Positions 1 to 16,573 of a DNA stretch of 64,000 nt are shown here, piece after piece (positions within the stretch are counted from its first letter, which is position 1; every line of letters begins with the position of its first letter). The DNA lies in contig OZ024746.1 of NCBI GenBank assembly GCA_964016885.1, forward strand, positions 33,046,001 through 33,110,000, given 5' to 3'. The notes under the pieces are model-generated. The model made no database searches, was not told the origin of the DNA, and saw only the letters and a program-made list of their open reading frames with translations. The DNA is from Eledone cirrhosa. Taxonomy: Eukaryota. The position numbers were made by a program, and so were the translations under genes.

Positions 1-538
1 TGTGCATATATATGTACATATAAAACTTTATAATGTATGTATATCCATCTATACAGAGAGGTACACGGATACGTAAATACATACACATATTCATGAATAT
101 ATGTATATATATACATGTATGTAGAGACACAAGCGCACACAGATGCCTGCTTGTACACAAGATTAAGATATACATAGGATTTAATAAAAAAAAAAAGCAG
201 TCTGAACAATCATTAAGTAAGATAACATCAACATTATTGACAACAACAACAACAAAGAACAAGTATAACAACAAGATTAACATTAAAATATAAAAAAAGC
301 ACCAATAACTAATAAAATTACAAACATTAGATGTTTGGTAATTTTTGTAGTGGCAAATACTAAGTAATGGAGTGTAGTACAATTTTTCCTAGTTGTAGGA
401 AAACTTATAAAATCACTTGAATAATTTGATTGAAATTCACTTTAAAGTCAAACATTATGAACACATGGTTATGCATACGTACACACAGAACGATACGCAC
501 ACACATATACACACATATATATATATATGTACATACAC

Positions 539-604
<66 letters not shown>

Positions 605-954
605 GAGTCTTTGTATGTATGTGTGTGAAGATTCCAATTTGTTAAAAACGTAGTGTAATTACAAACTCTCCTTCTATTATATAATTACAGTAAAAGGGGG
701 TTTATATGTATTTTTTCAGTTCTTTAATCTTTCTTAAAACATTACATACTAAAGCAGGGAAGAATTTACGCAGCAATCATACAGAAGACCTTACATAAAT
801 ACATACATAGATATATGCATACATACATATATACAAACATACATACACATATGTTAATGTTGGCGATCGGCTCCTTCCGAACTCATTTGAAATGTGAAAA
901 AAAAATGCATACACACATTTCTTATATTCTCTTATCTATCTATCTATCTATCTC

Positions 955-2790
955 AGCAGCCGCATCTGCTCTAGGGTCAAGGTGAACGGCTACCTCTCGG
1001 AGCCGTTCAAAATCGCGCGGTCCATCCGACAGGGGTGCCCTCTCTCCTCCCTTCTGTATGTGTTGACTCTCGAGCCACTACTGCGGAAGTTGGAGTTGTT
1101 GCAGGGCATCCCTTTGGAACCGGGATTGCGGAAAGCGGTGTCGGCCTACGCCGATGACGTGACAGTAATGGTGTCGACGGCCTCCGAAATCGAGGCGGTC
1201 GGCACCTTACTGGAGGAGTACGAAAAGTTCACAGGGGCTAAGCTGAACCGGGACAAGTCGATCGGTTTGCAACTCGGCACGTGGAGGGGCAGACCGATGC
1301 CCTCCGATGGCGTCGTCGGACGCTGGACGGAGGGCCCGGTGAAGTTGCTCGGGGTCTGGTTCGGACCGGACCTCCAGGTGGAGAAAAACTGGGCGGAGGT
1401 TACGAACAGGGTGTTTGCACTGACCCAGAAGTGGGCCAGTTGCAAACTATCCCTGAAAGGTCGGGCGGAGGTGGCGAACACCTACATAGCGTCCGTCATC
1501 TACTACCGCCTGACCGTAGTGCCCTGCCCAAGGGAAACCCTCACCAAGATGGAGCGCGCGCTCTTCCAATTCCTTTGGAAGAGGCGGGCTCCTATGGTGA
1601 GGAGATCCATCTGCTGTCAACACCCTTCGAAAGGAGGGCTGGGGATGCCGTGGCTAATGATGCGTAAACACGCATTAAGGCTACGGCACCTCTACGTATT
1701 CCTCACCGGACAACCGGTGTGGGCCTCGTTTGTGAGGCGAACCTTTCCCAGACTCGTCTCACTCACCGAGCTGCAATCCTGGGTCAAGCAAAGACCGAGA
1801 AAACTGGGCGCCTGGCACACTGAGTGTGCCCAGGCGCTCACCGCCCTCTGGCAGGCGGATCCGGTTATCAGTGGAGACTCCACCGCAACATTCTATAGAG
1901 GGCTGGTACGCAGCAGGTGCGACGACGCCCTCGGAGAAGCCCTAGACATGGAGGAGGACGAACTGGCCAGCCTGTTCGGTAGGACATTCAGCCCGGGACC
2001 TATGGACAACTTCCAGAAGTCCCTGGCCTGGCAGTGCTACCGAGGGGCTTTACCCGTTCGAGAAAGGCTCTACAGACACGGGCGCCCGGGTAGGGACCCC
2101 GCCAAAAAGATCTGTCCCAGATGCGTGTGCGACGAGGAAACCGTTGCACACGCATTGGTACACTGCTCGGGCGTAGCCGATCTGTGGGGCTATGTCGAAC
2201 AACTGCTGTCAAGGGTGGAACCGATCCGGTTGACCACCGAGTCTATTGTAATGATCAAGCCGCCTCCCCCCTTCAAAGATGAAGCAGAGGCGGTGTTTCT
2301 GTGCGTAATAGCCATGGCGAAAGAGGTTGTATGGTGGACGCGTCTGAAAGGACTGAGGTCAGGCACCTTTCTCTCTGGCCAACAACTGGTCCGTTTCTTC
2401 CGATATCATTTCGGAAGAAGGATCAGGATGGAGAGAGAGGTGCTGCACCCCAGCCGTTTCTATGAAAGATGGGTGAAAGTGGCGAGAATGGCCCGTGTGA
2501 ATGGGCCTTCACTCTACATCAGACTATAGGTGAGGAAGATGAAAGACCAAGGGAGCACCCCTTCTCTGTGCTCCTGAGGAGAAGGGTTGCACACTTTTTT
2601 CGGGGGTGTGTGCGACCCCCCAAGGCGCCTCCTCTCTATTGAGGATTTTGTTAAAAATTTTATTTTTTGTTATACCTTATTTTATTTTTATATTTTGTTA
2701 TTGCCTCCTCCTTATTGAGGACGCCTTTTTGTGTAAACTCCCCCCTTTGTACTTGTCCCACTTTTGATGCCCTAGTGGCAAATAAAAGAA
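955..2790 (+). mobile_element. 5'-truncated Tx1/L1-clade LINE inserted in (TATC)n
   Basis: GC-rich block with RT ORF, 3' UTR and AATAAA at ~2781; (tatc)n on both sides (935-953 and 2795-2893). Confidence 0.9.
982..2529 (+). CDS. Tx1-type ORF2 C-terminal part (RT + zf-RVT zinc finger), open but 5'-truncated
   Basis: RQGCPLS, YADD and LLGVWF motifs; GGLG; CPRC..ETVAHALVHC. Confidence 0.9.
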   Translation: MNGYLSEPFKIARSIRQGCPLSSLLYVLTLEPLLRKLELLQGIPLEPGLRKAVSAYADDVTVMVSTASEIEAVGTLLEEYEKFTGAKLNRDKSIGLQLGTWRGRPMPSDGVVGRWTEGPVKLLGVWFGPDLQVEKNWAEVTNRVFALTQKWASCKLSLKGRAEVANTYIASVIYYRLTVVPCPRETLTKMERALFQFLWKRRAPMVRRSICCQHPSKGGLGMPWLMMRKHALRLRHLYVFLTGQPVWASFVRRTFPRLVSLTELQSWVKQRPRKLGAWHTECAQALTALWQADPVISGDSTATFYRGLVRSRCDDALGEALDMEEDELASLFGRTFSPGPMDNFQKSLAWQCYRGALPVRERLYRHGRPGRDPAKKICPRCVCDEETVAHALVHCSGVADLWGYVEQLLSRVEPIRLTTESIVMIKPPPPFKDEAEAVFLCVIAMAKEVVWWTRLKGLRSGTFLSGQQLVRFFRYHFGRRIRMEREVLHPSRFYERWVKVARMARVNGPSLYIRL

Positions 2791-2793
2791 ATA

Positions 2794-2906
<113 letters not shown>

Positions 2907-3221
2907 ATCTTATTCTTTAATATAATCTCCTATAAGAAACTTTGACGAATTTACTTGTAAAACTTGGTGGTTTTATGCATAATTCAGTTATTTATATTAT
3001 TGTTTACTGTTTATACTGATTGGGTGAGTAACGAGAAGTCAGTGTACTGGAAAACAAAGAAGCTAGTGATGGCTACTTCATGTTGGATTAACTTGACTTT
3101 AGTTCTACTTCCATTACCGAGATTTATGCCTGTAGCCTCTCATTCAAAGAAAAATGTCGTTACACCTCGCAATGAGACTGTTGTCTCATCAAATTATGAT
3201 AAATATTCATTCATCAATTAC

Positions 3222-3539
<318 letters not shown>

Positions 3540-3753
3540 GAATAATCGAGTATCGAAAAATCGGCGCACGAGTTCACGATAAACAAAATTCGATATGAGC
3601 GGCAGAGGGCTCAATAATTTAGATAAATCAGAGCTATAACTATCGTTAAAATACCGTCACACATAGAACAAGTCTATAATCAACCATACGACCGAAACAT
3701 TGCGATCTGGAAGATTCGGGACACTCAGATAAAAAATCAATAAATCAATAAAT

Positions 3754-3790
<37 letters not shown>

Positions 3791-3791
<1 letters not shown>

Positions 3792-3950
3792 GTAATAATA
3801 ATAAATGTGAAGACAAAAATCCAAAGAGGGCTCGATACAGCGATTATTTGCTTAAACTTTAATCTGTTATTTTAATATATATATATATTAAAATAACAGA
3901 TTAAAGTTTAAGCAAAGAATCGGTGCTTTCACCCTTAACGGGATCTTATA
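3791..3950. repeat. Fold-back repeat related to 41735-41900
   Basis: ttgcttaaactttaatctgttattttaa inverted around a TA core; same sequence recurs at 41828-41890. Confidence 0.6.
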
Positions 3951-4136
3951 TAACGAAGGAAGTGTGGTAAGGAACCATATATGTATACAGAGGTACATGC
4001 ACACATACATATATGTACGTATGGATTCACCGAACATTTATTATAATGCTCGGTGTGTCTGTAAACAAACATCCCAAATTAAGCCGTACAGTGTCTAGCA
4101 ATCATCGTTGCTCATTTGTTCAACGCTGACAAAGGA

Positions 4137-4179
4137 ACGCTGTACTAGTTTCAAGCTTATTAGCTATCGTCAGCAACGT
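4137..4179 (-). ncRNA. Minimal type I hammerhead ribozyme
   Basis: ACGUUG-CUGACGA-U-AGCU aata AGCU-U-GAAA-CUAG-UA-CAGCGU; second partial copy at 4228-4243. Confidence 0.75.
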
Positions 4180-4419
4180 ATACATTCCTGCCAGATGATT
4201 GAACGTCTGAAAGTATATACTTTCCTTACGCTGTACTAGTTTCTGTACGTCTGTATACATATATGTATGTACGTATACATACTTATATACATGTATACAT
4301 ATATGTATGTACGTATACATACATGTATGTACGTATACATACGTACTAAGAGTGAGAAATGAAATTTTGTTTCATTTTTTCCGTTTATATATATATATAT
4401 TAGTTCAAAAAGGACAAAC

Positions 4420-5460
4420 AATCAAATGCAGGAGTCAATAGTATATAGTTGTATTAGCTTCACGCTTGGTGAGGTAGAGAGGTCCTCCGAGAGGGAGTGA
4501 AGAGTGTAGTAAGGAGGGAAGTTAACAAGAACACGAAAAGAAGGGAAAAATGAAAAATAAATAAAAACAGAAAAACAGAAAAAAAAGTGAAAATGAAGGG
4601 GGTGGGAGGGGTGTGCAGGTCCGGGATGGCAAGGTTGTGGTAGTCTGTTTAGGGGTGGGTGGAGGGTGAGAGGTGGGAAAGAAAGTGTGGGAGGAGGGAA
4701 GGGGTAGCAAGAAAATCAGGTCCGGGCGAGAATGGCGGAAGGTAAGGTGTGCGTGTGTTTGTGTAGATGTAAGTGTGTGTGTGTGTAGGTGTGTATGTAA
4801 GTGTGAGAGTCGGAAAGAAGCGAATGTATGTGAATGTAAGCTTTGATAAATCATTGCGTGTGTTGGGTGGAGTATATGTCTGTGCGTGTATAGTCCCAGT
4901 ATGGGTGTTGATGTGCATGTGTGTGTATGTGGACGGAGGGGGCTGGATGGGCTGAGATGAGAACGTGTCAAATTCAAAGGCGGTGTGGGGTATGTGTGTG
5001 TGGGGTGGGGGTGTAACCCCTCCGGTTGAAATGACGGACCGGGGTTTTAAAGTCGGGGTTTTAAAGTCCGCATCTCGGCGGCTCTGGAGAAGTTAGGAGT
5101 AGGGAATGGAGTGTTTGGTGTGAGTGGGGTGGGAGGAGGTAAAGTCGAGGTAGGAGTGGGAGTCAGTAGGTTTAAAGAAAGTGGAGGTGATGAGTGAGCG
5201 GTGAGGGGGATCAATGGCGACGGAGATGTCCAAGAAGTGAACAGTGATGGTGAAAATGGAGTTGGTGAAGTGGAGAGAGCAGGGAAGGAGCAGAAGAAAG
5301 AGAAAAAGGAGTCGAACTGTTCCCGGGTGAGAATCGTGTCACCGACACAGTCGTCAATATAACGACCATATATTTCGGGCGTGGGACCAGTGTATTGGGC
5401 AAAGATCTGGGCCTCAACGTGACCAACGAAAAGGTTGGCGTGTTTGGTGCCCATTTCTTG
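4420..5460 (-). pseudogene. Degenerate PLE RT fragment with putative 3' region
   Basis: MGTK.ANLFVG...YGRYIDD motif in ORF 5047-5568; frameshifted downstream. Confidence 0.7.
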
Positions 5461-5677
5461 TGCCCATTTCAATTTGAACCAACGCCAGCATGTGTTCCCT
5501 GTAAATTGGTCAGGCCTGGCTAACCTCCCCTTTGATGTGACGTCATGCGTCACAGAAAGTTTTACCACATCTCCATACTTATCATACTCACACCATTAGA
5601 TTTTCATTTGTTTAGATCACTTGAACATTTTATCAATGGGAAAAGATTCACAATTAATCAGGAGGTTGAGCTAACAC

Positions 5678-5971
5678 ATATTTCCTTCTTTTTCCTTCAA
5701 AGACCCAGATTTGTTTGACCGGGAAATAAAAACAACTTATCTCAAGAAGGACAAAGGTTATTTCTAATTATGGTATTTATGTTGTCGATGAATAAATTTG
5801 TTAATATTGTATCTTTTGTTAATTATAACACATAACGAAAAAGAGACTTATTTTCTCATGTCTGGTACATAATCTATCGACCTCTTTGTTGTCGAACTGT
5901 TGGGTTAGGTGCCATACAAACAGATACAGTCACAAACGTATATATAAACGTTGAAATATAAACACACACAC

Positions 5972-6049
<78 letters not shown>

Positions 6050-6613
6050 CTGTTTGTATGTCACCTAAATTAACAGTTCAATAACAAAGAGGTCGATAGA
6101 TTATGTACCAGACATGAGAAAATATGTACACACGAATACACACGCACACGCACACATACACACATACACACATACACACACACATACACACACACACACA
6201 CACACATACACACACACACACACACACACGAATATTTATATATATGAATATATATAGTGGCATGGGTTTCAGAAGAAATAGAACAAAGGTGCTTCATGTA
6301 ATGTAGAGAGCCAAAATGTATTATATGAATAACATCTCAACACAAATGCATGCTACCTAAAGTTTCAAACTGAAATCACCACAGATACATTGATAACTAA
6401 ACTAGCAGGCATAGAACTTTATGTCCTAAGTTGGTTGAAGTTTGAAACCTTAGGCATTGAAATCTGATTCATATAATATACATATATAATTCAAAATTCA
6501 ATAAGTGCAACATAAATACTATAATTAGAATTAACCTTTGTCCTTCTTGAGATAAGTTGTTTTTATTTCTCGGTCAAACAAATCTGGGTCTTTGAAGGAA
6601 AAAAAGGAAATAT
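5678..6613. repeat. Nested inverted repeats around a (TA)n core
   Basis: 5678-5772 vs 6521-6613; 5849-5901 vs 6072-6124; 6317-6371 vs 6438-6483. Confidence 0.7.
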
Positions 6614-6778
6614 TATTTATTGATACATCTGCGCTCGTTTCAATGCGGCTAGAGTATTTCGTCAATTGTGGAGAAAACACAAATATTATCAGTCAAGTTA
6701 TTCCATTAAAATACTCCATGAAAATATAGCGAACTACTTCACTATAACCTCATATACTCATATACTAATATATATATA

Positions 6779-7327
<549 letters not shown>

Positions 7328-7333
<6 letters not shown>

Positions 7334-8307
7334 CAAATAACGAAACGAAATTAAATTTCGTTTCGCTTCTAACTCACTTTTGTATGACTGACGCTTAAAC
7401 AATTAAGTTAAAGTGTACATCTACATATGTATACGGAAGTATTAGTATGCATATAAATACACACATGTATACACATGCACATGTACTGAGCTTTTCACTA
7501 GACACTTTACAGTGAGTGTCAGCTAGTCTGTATGTAACCACACAGACGGACCGGGTTTTAGAGTCATACGAGTTTTCAAGGAAACACATTTCCTCTATTC
7601 TCCAGAGGGCCAGACAGGAATATTGGACTCTGGAGAATAGAGGAAATGTGTTTCCTTGAAAACTCGTATGACTCTAAAACCCGGTCCGTCTGTGTGGTTA
7701 CATACAGACTAGCTGACACTCACTGTAAAGTGTCTAGTGAAAAACTCAGTACATGTGCATGTGTATACATGTGTGTATTTATATGCATACTAATACTTCC
7801 GTATACATATGTAGATGTACACTTTAACTTAATTGTTTAAGCGTCAGTCATACAAAAGTGAGTTAGAAGCGAAACGAAATTTAATTTCGTTTCGTTATTT
7901 GTTTTTATCGTTTCCGCTGAACCGGTGCGTACAATGACTCACGTTCTATGCAAATTAGTCTACCCACTACTAATTTTCATAGAAAAAGCATATAACGATA
8001 TGTGCTTTTACAATTCTCCAGAGAAGCCGGAAGATGGGTAAATATTGCTGATGAGATGTAATAACATCGAAACTAGTCCAATATTCCTGTCTGGCCCTCT
8101 GGAGAATAGAGGAAATGTGTTTCCTTGAAAACTCGTATGACTCTAAAACCCGGTCCGTCTGTGTGGTTACATACAGACTAGCTGACACTCACTGTAAAGT
8201 GTCTAGTGAAAAACTCAGTACATGTGCATGTGTATACATGTGTGTAGTTATATGCATACTAATACTTCCGTATACATATGTAGATGTACACTTTAACTTA
8301 ATTGTTT
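7328..8307 (+). mobile_element. Inverted plus tandem non-coding repeat with an HHR (PLE terminus or retrozyme-like)
   Basis: 7328-7627 inverted vs 7628-7908; third direct copy 8097-8307; short related fold-back at 62123-62225. Confidence 0.8.
8041..8085 (+). ncRNA. Canonical minimal type I hammerhead ribozyme
   Basis: AAUAUUG-CUGAUGA-GAUGU aata ACAUC-GAAA-CUAG-UC-CAAUAUU; 7-bp stem I, GUC cleavage triplet. Confidence 0.9.
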
Positions 8308-8327
8308 ATATATATATATATATGTGT

Positions 8328-8613
8328 GTATTGTTATACTTTGGGAGGGTCATGTTGCCCATAAGAAACACACGCACCAGCTGCTTTCACTTCAATTTAT
8401 TATAATAAATTTATAAATTTAGGAATTTATAAATTTCCGGTTGGTTGGTTCCACAACCAGATGGTTGTTTATATATTGTCAAAGTTTTTTCGTCACACAT
8501 TCTGTGACACTCTTCAGTGACTGGGGATTCTTTTCTTTGTTTTTGTGCCTCTCCTTTGTTCTGTCCTACGCCATCTTGTTTCTGTCAAATTCTGCTAAAC
8601 AAATTCAGAAACG

Positions 8614-8617
<4 letters not shown>
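8328..8617 (-). mobile_element. PLE terminus with HHR (8478-8521) and a short inverted long-end piece
   Basis: GUCA-CUGAAGA-GU-GUCACA..UGUGAC-GAAA-AAAC-UU-UGAC; same family as 28370-28620. Confidence 0.7.
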
Positions 8618-8652
<35 letters not shown>

Positions 8653-8654
8653 TA

Positions 8655-9222
<568 letters not shown>

Positions 9223-10034
9223 TACATACATACATATACATATATACCATATCTCCTAAACACCTAAAATATCTAAAATATCTGATAAATATCCGAAGCC
9301 AAATATTATGGAGTGATAAGAGGAATACCCCTTGTCAGTATTGGATAAACAATCTATATTGAGATTGAGTGAAAGTATATTGTTGGACTAGGTTATCAAA
9401 TTTGTAGATGTTACTTGTTTATAGGCTATGCGATCGCAGAACGTTACAACAGTCAAAACGTGTGTTTAATTTCAATAAACACATCCATTTACTCACTATT
9501 AATCTCCCATTTGGCCGTAATTGAAGATTTTCTGTTTATTATATGAAGCCAAGATAGGAATACGAGTGATTTTAATAAAATCTGAAATCGTACTTTTCAA
9601 ATCGTACGTTTCAAAAATATATTTACATAAGTCGCGAGACGCAATACTTTCAAAGGAGATTAAGGTCTATTAAAGTCCACTAACACTATTCACTTTAATC
9701 TGCCACTTAATAACAGTCCTTTAGTATGTTGCAGCTTAATATAATCATATTTTATAATTTAATTCCGACACAAAACTGAATGAACTGTCACGTAAACATT
9801 TAATACTCGTCTAGTATAACTCAATGAAGTAGCAGAAAGGATACTGCTCCAACTAACTATTTAATAATAGTTATTGTCAACTCTCTACATTGTATTTATA
9901 TTTCTCTATATATATTTCTCTATATTTACTTTCCTTCTGTATGTAGCGATAGGGTTTCATTTTCGTGTTGAAATCATTTCTATTCATTTAACCACAGACA
10001 AATTCCAGCAATGAATACGAATATTTTAGTATTT

Positions 10035-10238
10035 TGGGAGAATCGGTAGAGCGTCGGACAACATTCTTAGTGGCATAGAGTTACGATCCTTTACGTTCTG
10101 AGTACAAATCTCGCCGAGGTTAGCTTTGCCTGTCATCCTTAAGAGGTCGATAAAATAAAGCACCACTGGTGTCGATATAATCGATTTTCCCCTTCCCTTC
10201 AAATCGCTGGCCTAGTGCCTAAAGTAGAAACAATAATT
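10035..10238 (+). mobile_element. tRNA-derived SINE (diverged)
   Basis: Homologous to 63523-63710. Confidence 0.75.
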
Positions 10239-11139
10239 AACGGTATTTCTTTTATATTCTCTCACTTCTCTTATTCTTTTATTCAATTACTAATTTGCAG
10301 TCACTCTGCGGTCAACATCTTAAAGGATATAATCGATCATATTTTCCTTAATACTTATTTTTATGTCTAGTTTAGATTCTTTTGGAGTCTGCCCATTGAG
10401 TTGTTAATTTGCGAGACATAATAAAATAACAACCATTGTTAAGGGTGTCAACACTAATAGAGCTAAGAGGGGTCACACACATACATATTTCCATATTTCC
10501 AATTGCATTGCTCAGTGAGTGGGTGAGGTGGAGGATGGGTGGTTTTGCTCATTTTACTTTTTTTCGTGTGCGACCTCTTGCTATACACACACATACACAC
10601 CACACATATATATATAGCAAAGCAGCCGCATATATATGTGGGTGTCTGTATGTATATACACACTCACGCACACACACACACATTGTAGATGTGGTTTCAG
10701 TTGACTGGTGCAAGAACTGAGTTAAGATCTTTAAGAATTTAATTCCACGAAATTACTATACATATTTCAATGGCTCATGATGGAAGAGTTAGACATTTTC
10801 ATCAATTATTGATTGCAGAATTAGTTATATAAGACAACAGGGCTATGGTGGACATTGGCGACTGTGTCAGTTTGTATGTCACTTAAATGAACAGTTCGAC
10901 AACAAAGAGGTCGATAGATTATATACTAGACATGAGAAAATAGGGCACACACACACACACGCATACGCACACAGACACACACACACATATATATACTAAG
11001 TTGATATATCATAATATATATATGTATGCTAAATATGTTTCTCAGTAGAAAAGCTCAATGGATGTTTCTACAGAACATAAATAATTCAAAGTATAAAATA
11101 TATAGTTATATATATATAATGGGGATGAATTAAAACGGC

Positions 11140-11478
11140 GATGAAAATAAAATAAACAAATAAATAAATAAATAAACAGACTAAATAAAGATGGCGTAGG
11201 CATAAAATGCAACGGGAGGAAACACAATAGCACCACTGACGATGTTGCAGATGTGCAACGAAAGAACATTGTTATACTATATATATATGTGTTTGTGTCT
11301 TTATTGTATCTGTATTTTTGACCGTTGGTCAGTCAATGGTAACATTGAGGACCGAATAAATTAAATTAACCGATATAAAAGACACAGAAGCGAAAACCAA
11401 CCAAACAGTGAGTGTGTTCTGTTATTAATTCTGGCAATATTATTACACAAATATGACTTTCCTCAAGTATAAGAATAT
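11140..11478 (+). mobile_element. PLE terminus related to 42549-42900, with HHR-like motif at 11232-11273
   Basis: CUGACGA-U-GUUGCA gatg UGCAAC-GAAA; sequence matches the reverse complement of 42600-42890. Confidence 0.65.
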
Positions 11479-11499
11479 ATATATATATCTATATAAAAT

Positions 11500-11704
11500 A
11501 TTAAAAAAATAATGAATAAAACAATGAAACAGTTCCTTATATTAAACAAAAAAAGTTCATTATTTAACGATCGTTTCTAGGATATATATGTGTTAGAATT
11601 GGCATGCATATTCAACAGAACTATGTACAAAATTATACAAAATTATACAAACTCAAAATTAAATATACATACCAAACACATATATATGCCGTCTTCAGAA
11701 ATAA
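11500..11704 (-). mobile_element. PLE terminus with HHR, family of 60576-63262
   Basis: Matches the reverse complement of 62937-63125 (cttcagaaata ... acgatcgtttc). Confidence 0.75.
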
Positions 11705-12190
11705 TCGATATATGGCTATGTATATCTATATATCTATATATATATATCTATATATATCTATATATCTATATATATATACATAGCCATATATCGTTAGAGA
11801 AAGACACAGTATTTTGTACACATATATAAAATACATACTTTAAAGTGGAGACATTCTTTATTCCTTACGGTAACGTTTCCTAATTCGTAAAAGTGAGGCA
11901 AGAATCGATCTAAGTAATCGATTATCGATTACATACCATCGATTTTGGTAAAGCCACAGAAGATGTGAAACTAATCAACAGAGTAAATCCTGTTTGGATA
12001 AGTTTCTACAAAGAACAAAATACCTGTCAGGTTCCGAGAATTAGTCAAAACTACAACTGCATGGTACGAAGAACGTTTTGACTGTGGTGGCAGATATAAA
12101 TAATACTAAATATGGCATTTACTAAAAAGAGGTCGAAGTACTAGTCGCGGTATAAGCTGATCAACAAATTACGAATTTGGAGCAGTTACA

Positions 12191-12234
<44 letters not shown>

Positions 12235-12375
12235 GTTGAGGAAGGCGAGGCTGTGTGGTTACTGACAACGAGTGTTAGAAGGTAAGGCGACACAAACAAG
12301 AGATGAAAAAGTTTCCTTCGTCAGCTGTTTAGTACGGATAATAGATGTTTCGGCGCATTATAAACAGACATCGAT

Positions 12376-12449
<74 letters not shown>

Positions 12450-12455
<6 letters not shown>

Positions 12456-13195
12456 CGTAAAATAAGAAAATTATAAAATTAACTTACTTACTAAAAAATC
12501 ACTTCCAACTAATTAGTTTCTCGAATGGAGTAAATATATTTTCCGAAGAAACATATCGAAAATCATTCCGTCATCAGGAAAGTCTTTTTCCGTATAGGTC
12601 TCCAGGCATAGCGAGGACACTGGAAACTTATTAAAAAAATAATTCAGTGGAATGGAAATAGCGATGCGTGGACTGGATTCCAAGCCATTGAGAAAATTAC
12701 TGCTTCTACGTCAGTGACAAATTCAAAAAGAATCAATCACGTGACATCGAGGTCAATCAGTGGAAAGCGAGTGGTTATTAAGACAGCGGCTAGCGTAGAA
12801 GCAGTGATTTTCTCAATGGCTTGGAATCCAGTCCACGCATCGCTATTTCCATTCCACTGAATTATTTTTTTAATAAGTTTCCAGTGTCCTCGCTATGCCT
12901 GGAGACCTATACAGAAAAAGACTTTCCCGAATGGCTTGGAATCCAGACTTTCCTGATGACGGAATGATTTTCGATATGTTTCATCGGAAAATATATTTAC
13001 TCCATTCCAGAAACTAATTAGTTGGAAGTGATTTTTTAGTAAGTAAGTTAATTTTATAATTTTCTTATTTTACGTCTCTCATATTATTGTTCTGCAACCC
13101 CATGCATTAAACCACATTGTTAATAAGACAAAACCTATATATTTGCTAGCATTGGTATGCATCTGTGTGTATATAAATGTTACTAGATATAAATT

Positions 13196-13198
<3 letters not shown>
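12450..13198 (+). mobile_element. Fold-back PLE terminus in (TA)n
   Basis: Arms 12450-12710 and 12794-13082; right arm extends ~115 bp further to (TA)n. Confidence 0.8.
12947..13029 (+). ncRNA. Hammerhead ribozyme with long stem II (mirror copy at ~12501-12583 -)
   Basis: ACUUUC-CUGAUGA-CGGAAUG...CAUUCCA-GAAA-CUAAUUAG-UU-GGAAGU. Confidence 0.75.
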
Positions 13199-15381
<2,183 letters not shown>

Positions 15382-16573
15382 ATGCTGTTTTGTTACTATT
15401 TCTCTTTTCCTCCCTTTGCTTTCGTTCCCTCCTTCCTTCGATTTCCCAGTAACTTATCCAGTTATGACGCCCTGGGGTGAAGTGGTATCTTGTCTTTAAA
15501 GCGTAGAAATATCCTAGACCCCCAGTAGACAACTGATGAGGAGAATCCCCCCATGCTCTTGCTTTCTTCGTATTCCCACTGCATTTTAAATTACCTTATA
15601 ACAACTACACAGCCATTCTATTCTCCATATATATATATATATAGTCTTAAAGACTATTTCATGAAAACTTTCAGTGGAGATGGTCACGGTTGGATTTCAA
15701 TCATCAGCAGAGCTCAACTCGATAACCAGGACTCTCACAGATTTATATGCCAAAAAGGGAATTTTAAAACTGGCTAGTTCACCATCATGCGTGATTATGA
15801 AAAACGCACATGAGGAAATATATATATATATATATATATGGAAAGTTATATTTAAATTGTTGGGTTAACAACGAGTAAATATTTATAACTGATATAAAAG
15901 CACTCAACAAGTATTTGGAGTATATTTATGATATTAAATAAATGGAAACTATATTTATAAAACCATATTTATTTCGTTATATATATTTCAGGGATATCAT
16001 ATTAACAATATGTTATGCCATCTTCAGACAAAATACAATATAAACAGTCTTATAAATAAATAGATACGACATACCTTTCAATCACCTTGCATTTGGGAGG
16101 TTGATTTGGTAGTAAAAAATGTGGACAGTTGTAAAAAGAAAGAGATAAAGAGAGAAAGAAAGAGAAACGAAGAAAAAGAAGAAATGCATGTGACTAAATA
16201 GAGGGATATAGAAAGATAGATAAAGAGAAGAACTTCATGTAAAGAAACAGAGAGAAATATATATAGAGAGAGGAAAAAAGAAAGAGATAGATAGAGATAG
16301 ATAGAGAAATTAGGAAGTTGAGTATCGGTTGATACATTTATTTATTTATTTAATTATTTATTTAGCTCTAGTATTAATGTAAAGAGAGATGTATGTAGTT
16401 AAGAGAGAAAATAGCCGTTATATAGAGAGAAAAAAGAGAGAATGAAAAAGAGAAAATGAAACAACCAGACATAAACGATGCAGAATTTAAAACCGCTATG
16501 TTTTATCCGTAGAAAATATTAGTTCGTATAAAACAGGCATTATAATGTAAGTACCAGTATTCATGAATGAGAC

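Noticed and set aside
7395-8405. Three copies of a 64-aa ORF (MCFLENSYD...)
   Set aside because: By-product of the repeat duplication; no recognisable domain
15528-15555. ctgatgaggagaatccc HHR start
   Set aside because: No GAAA or stem III follows; incomplete
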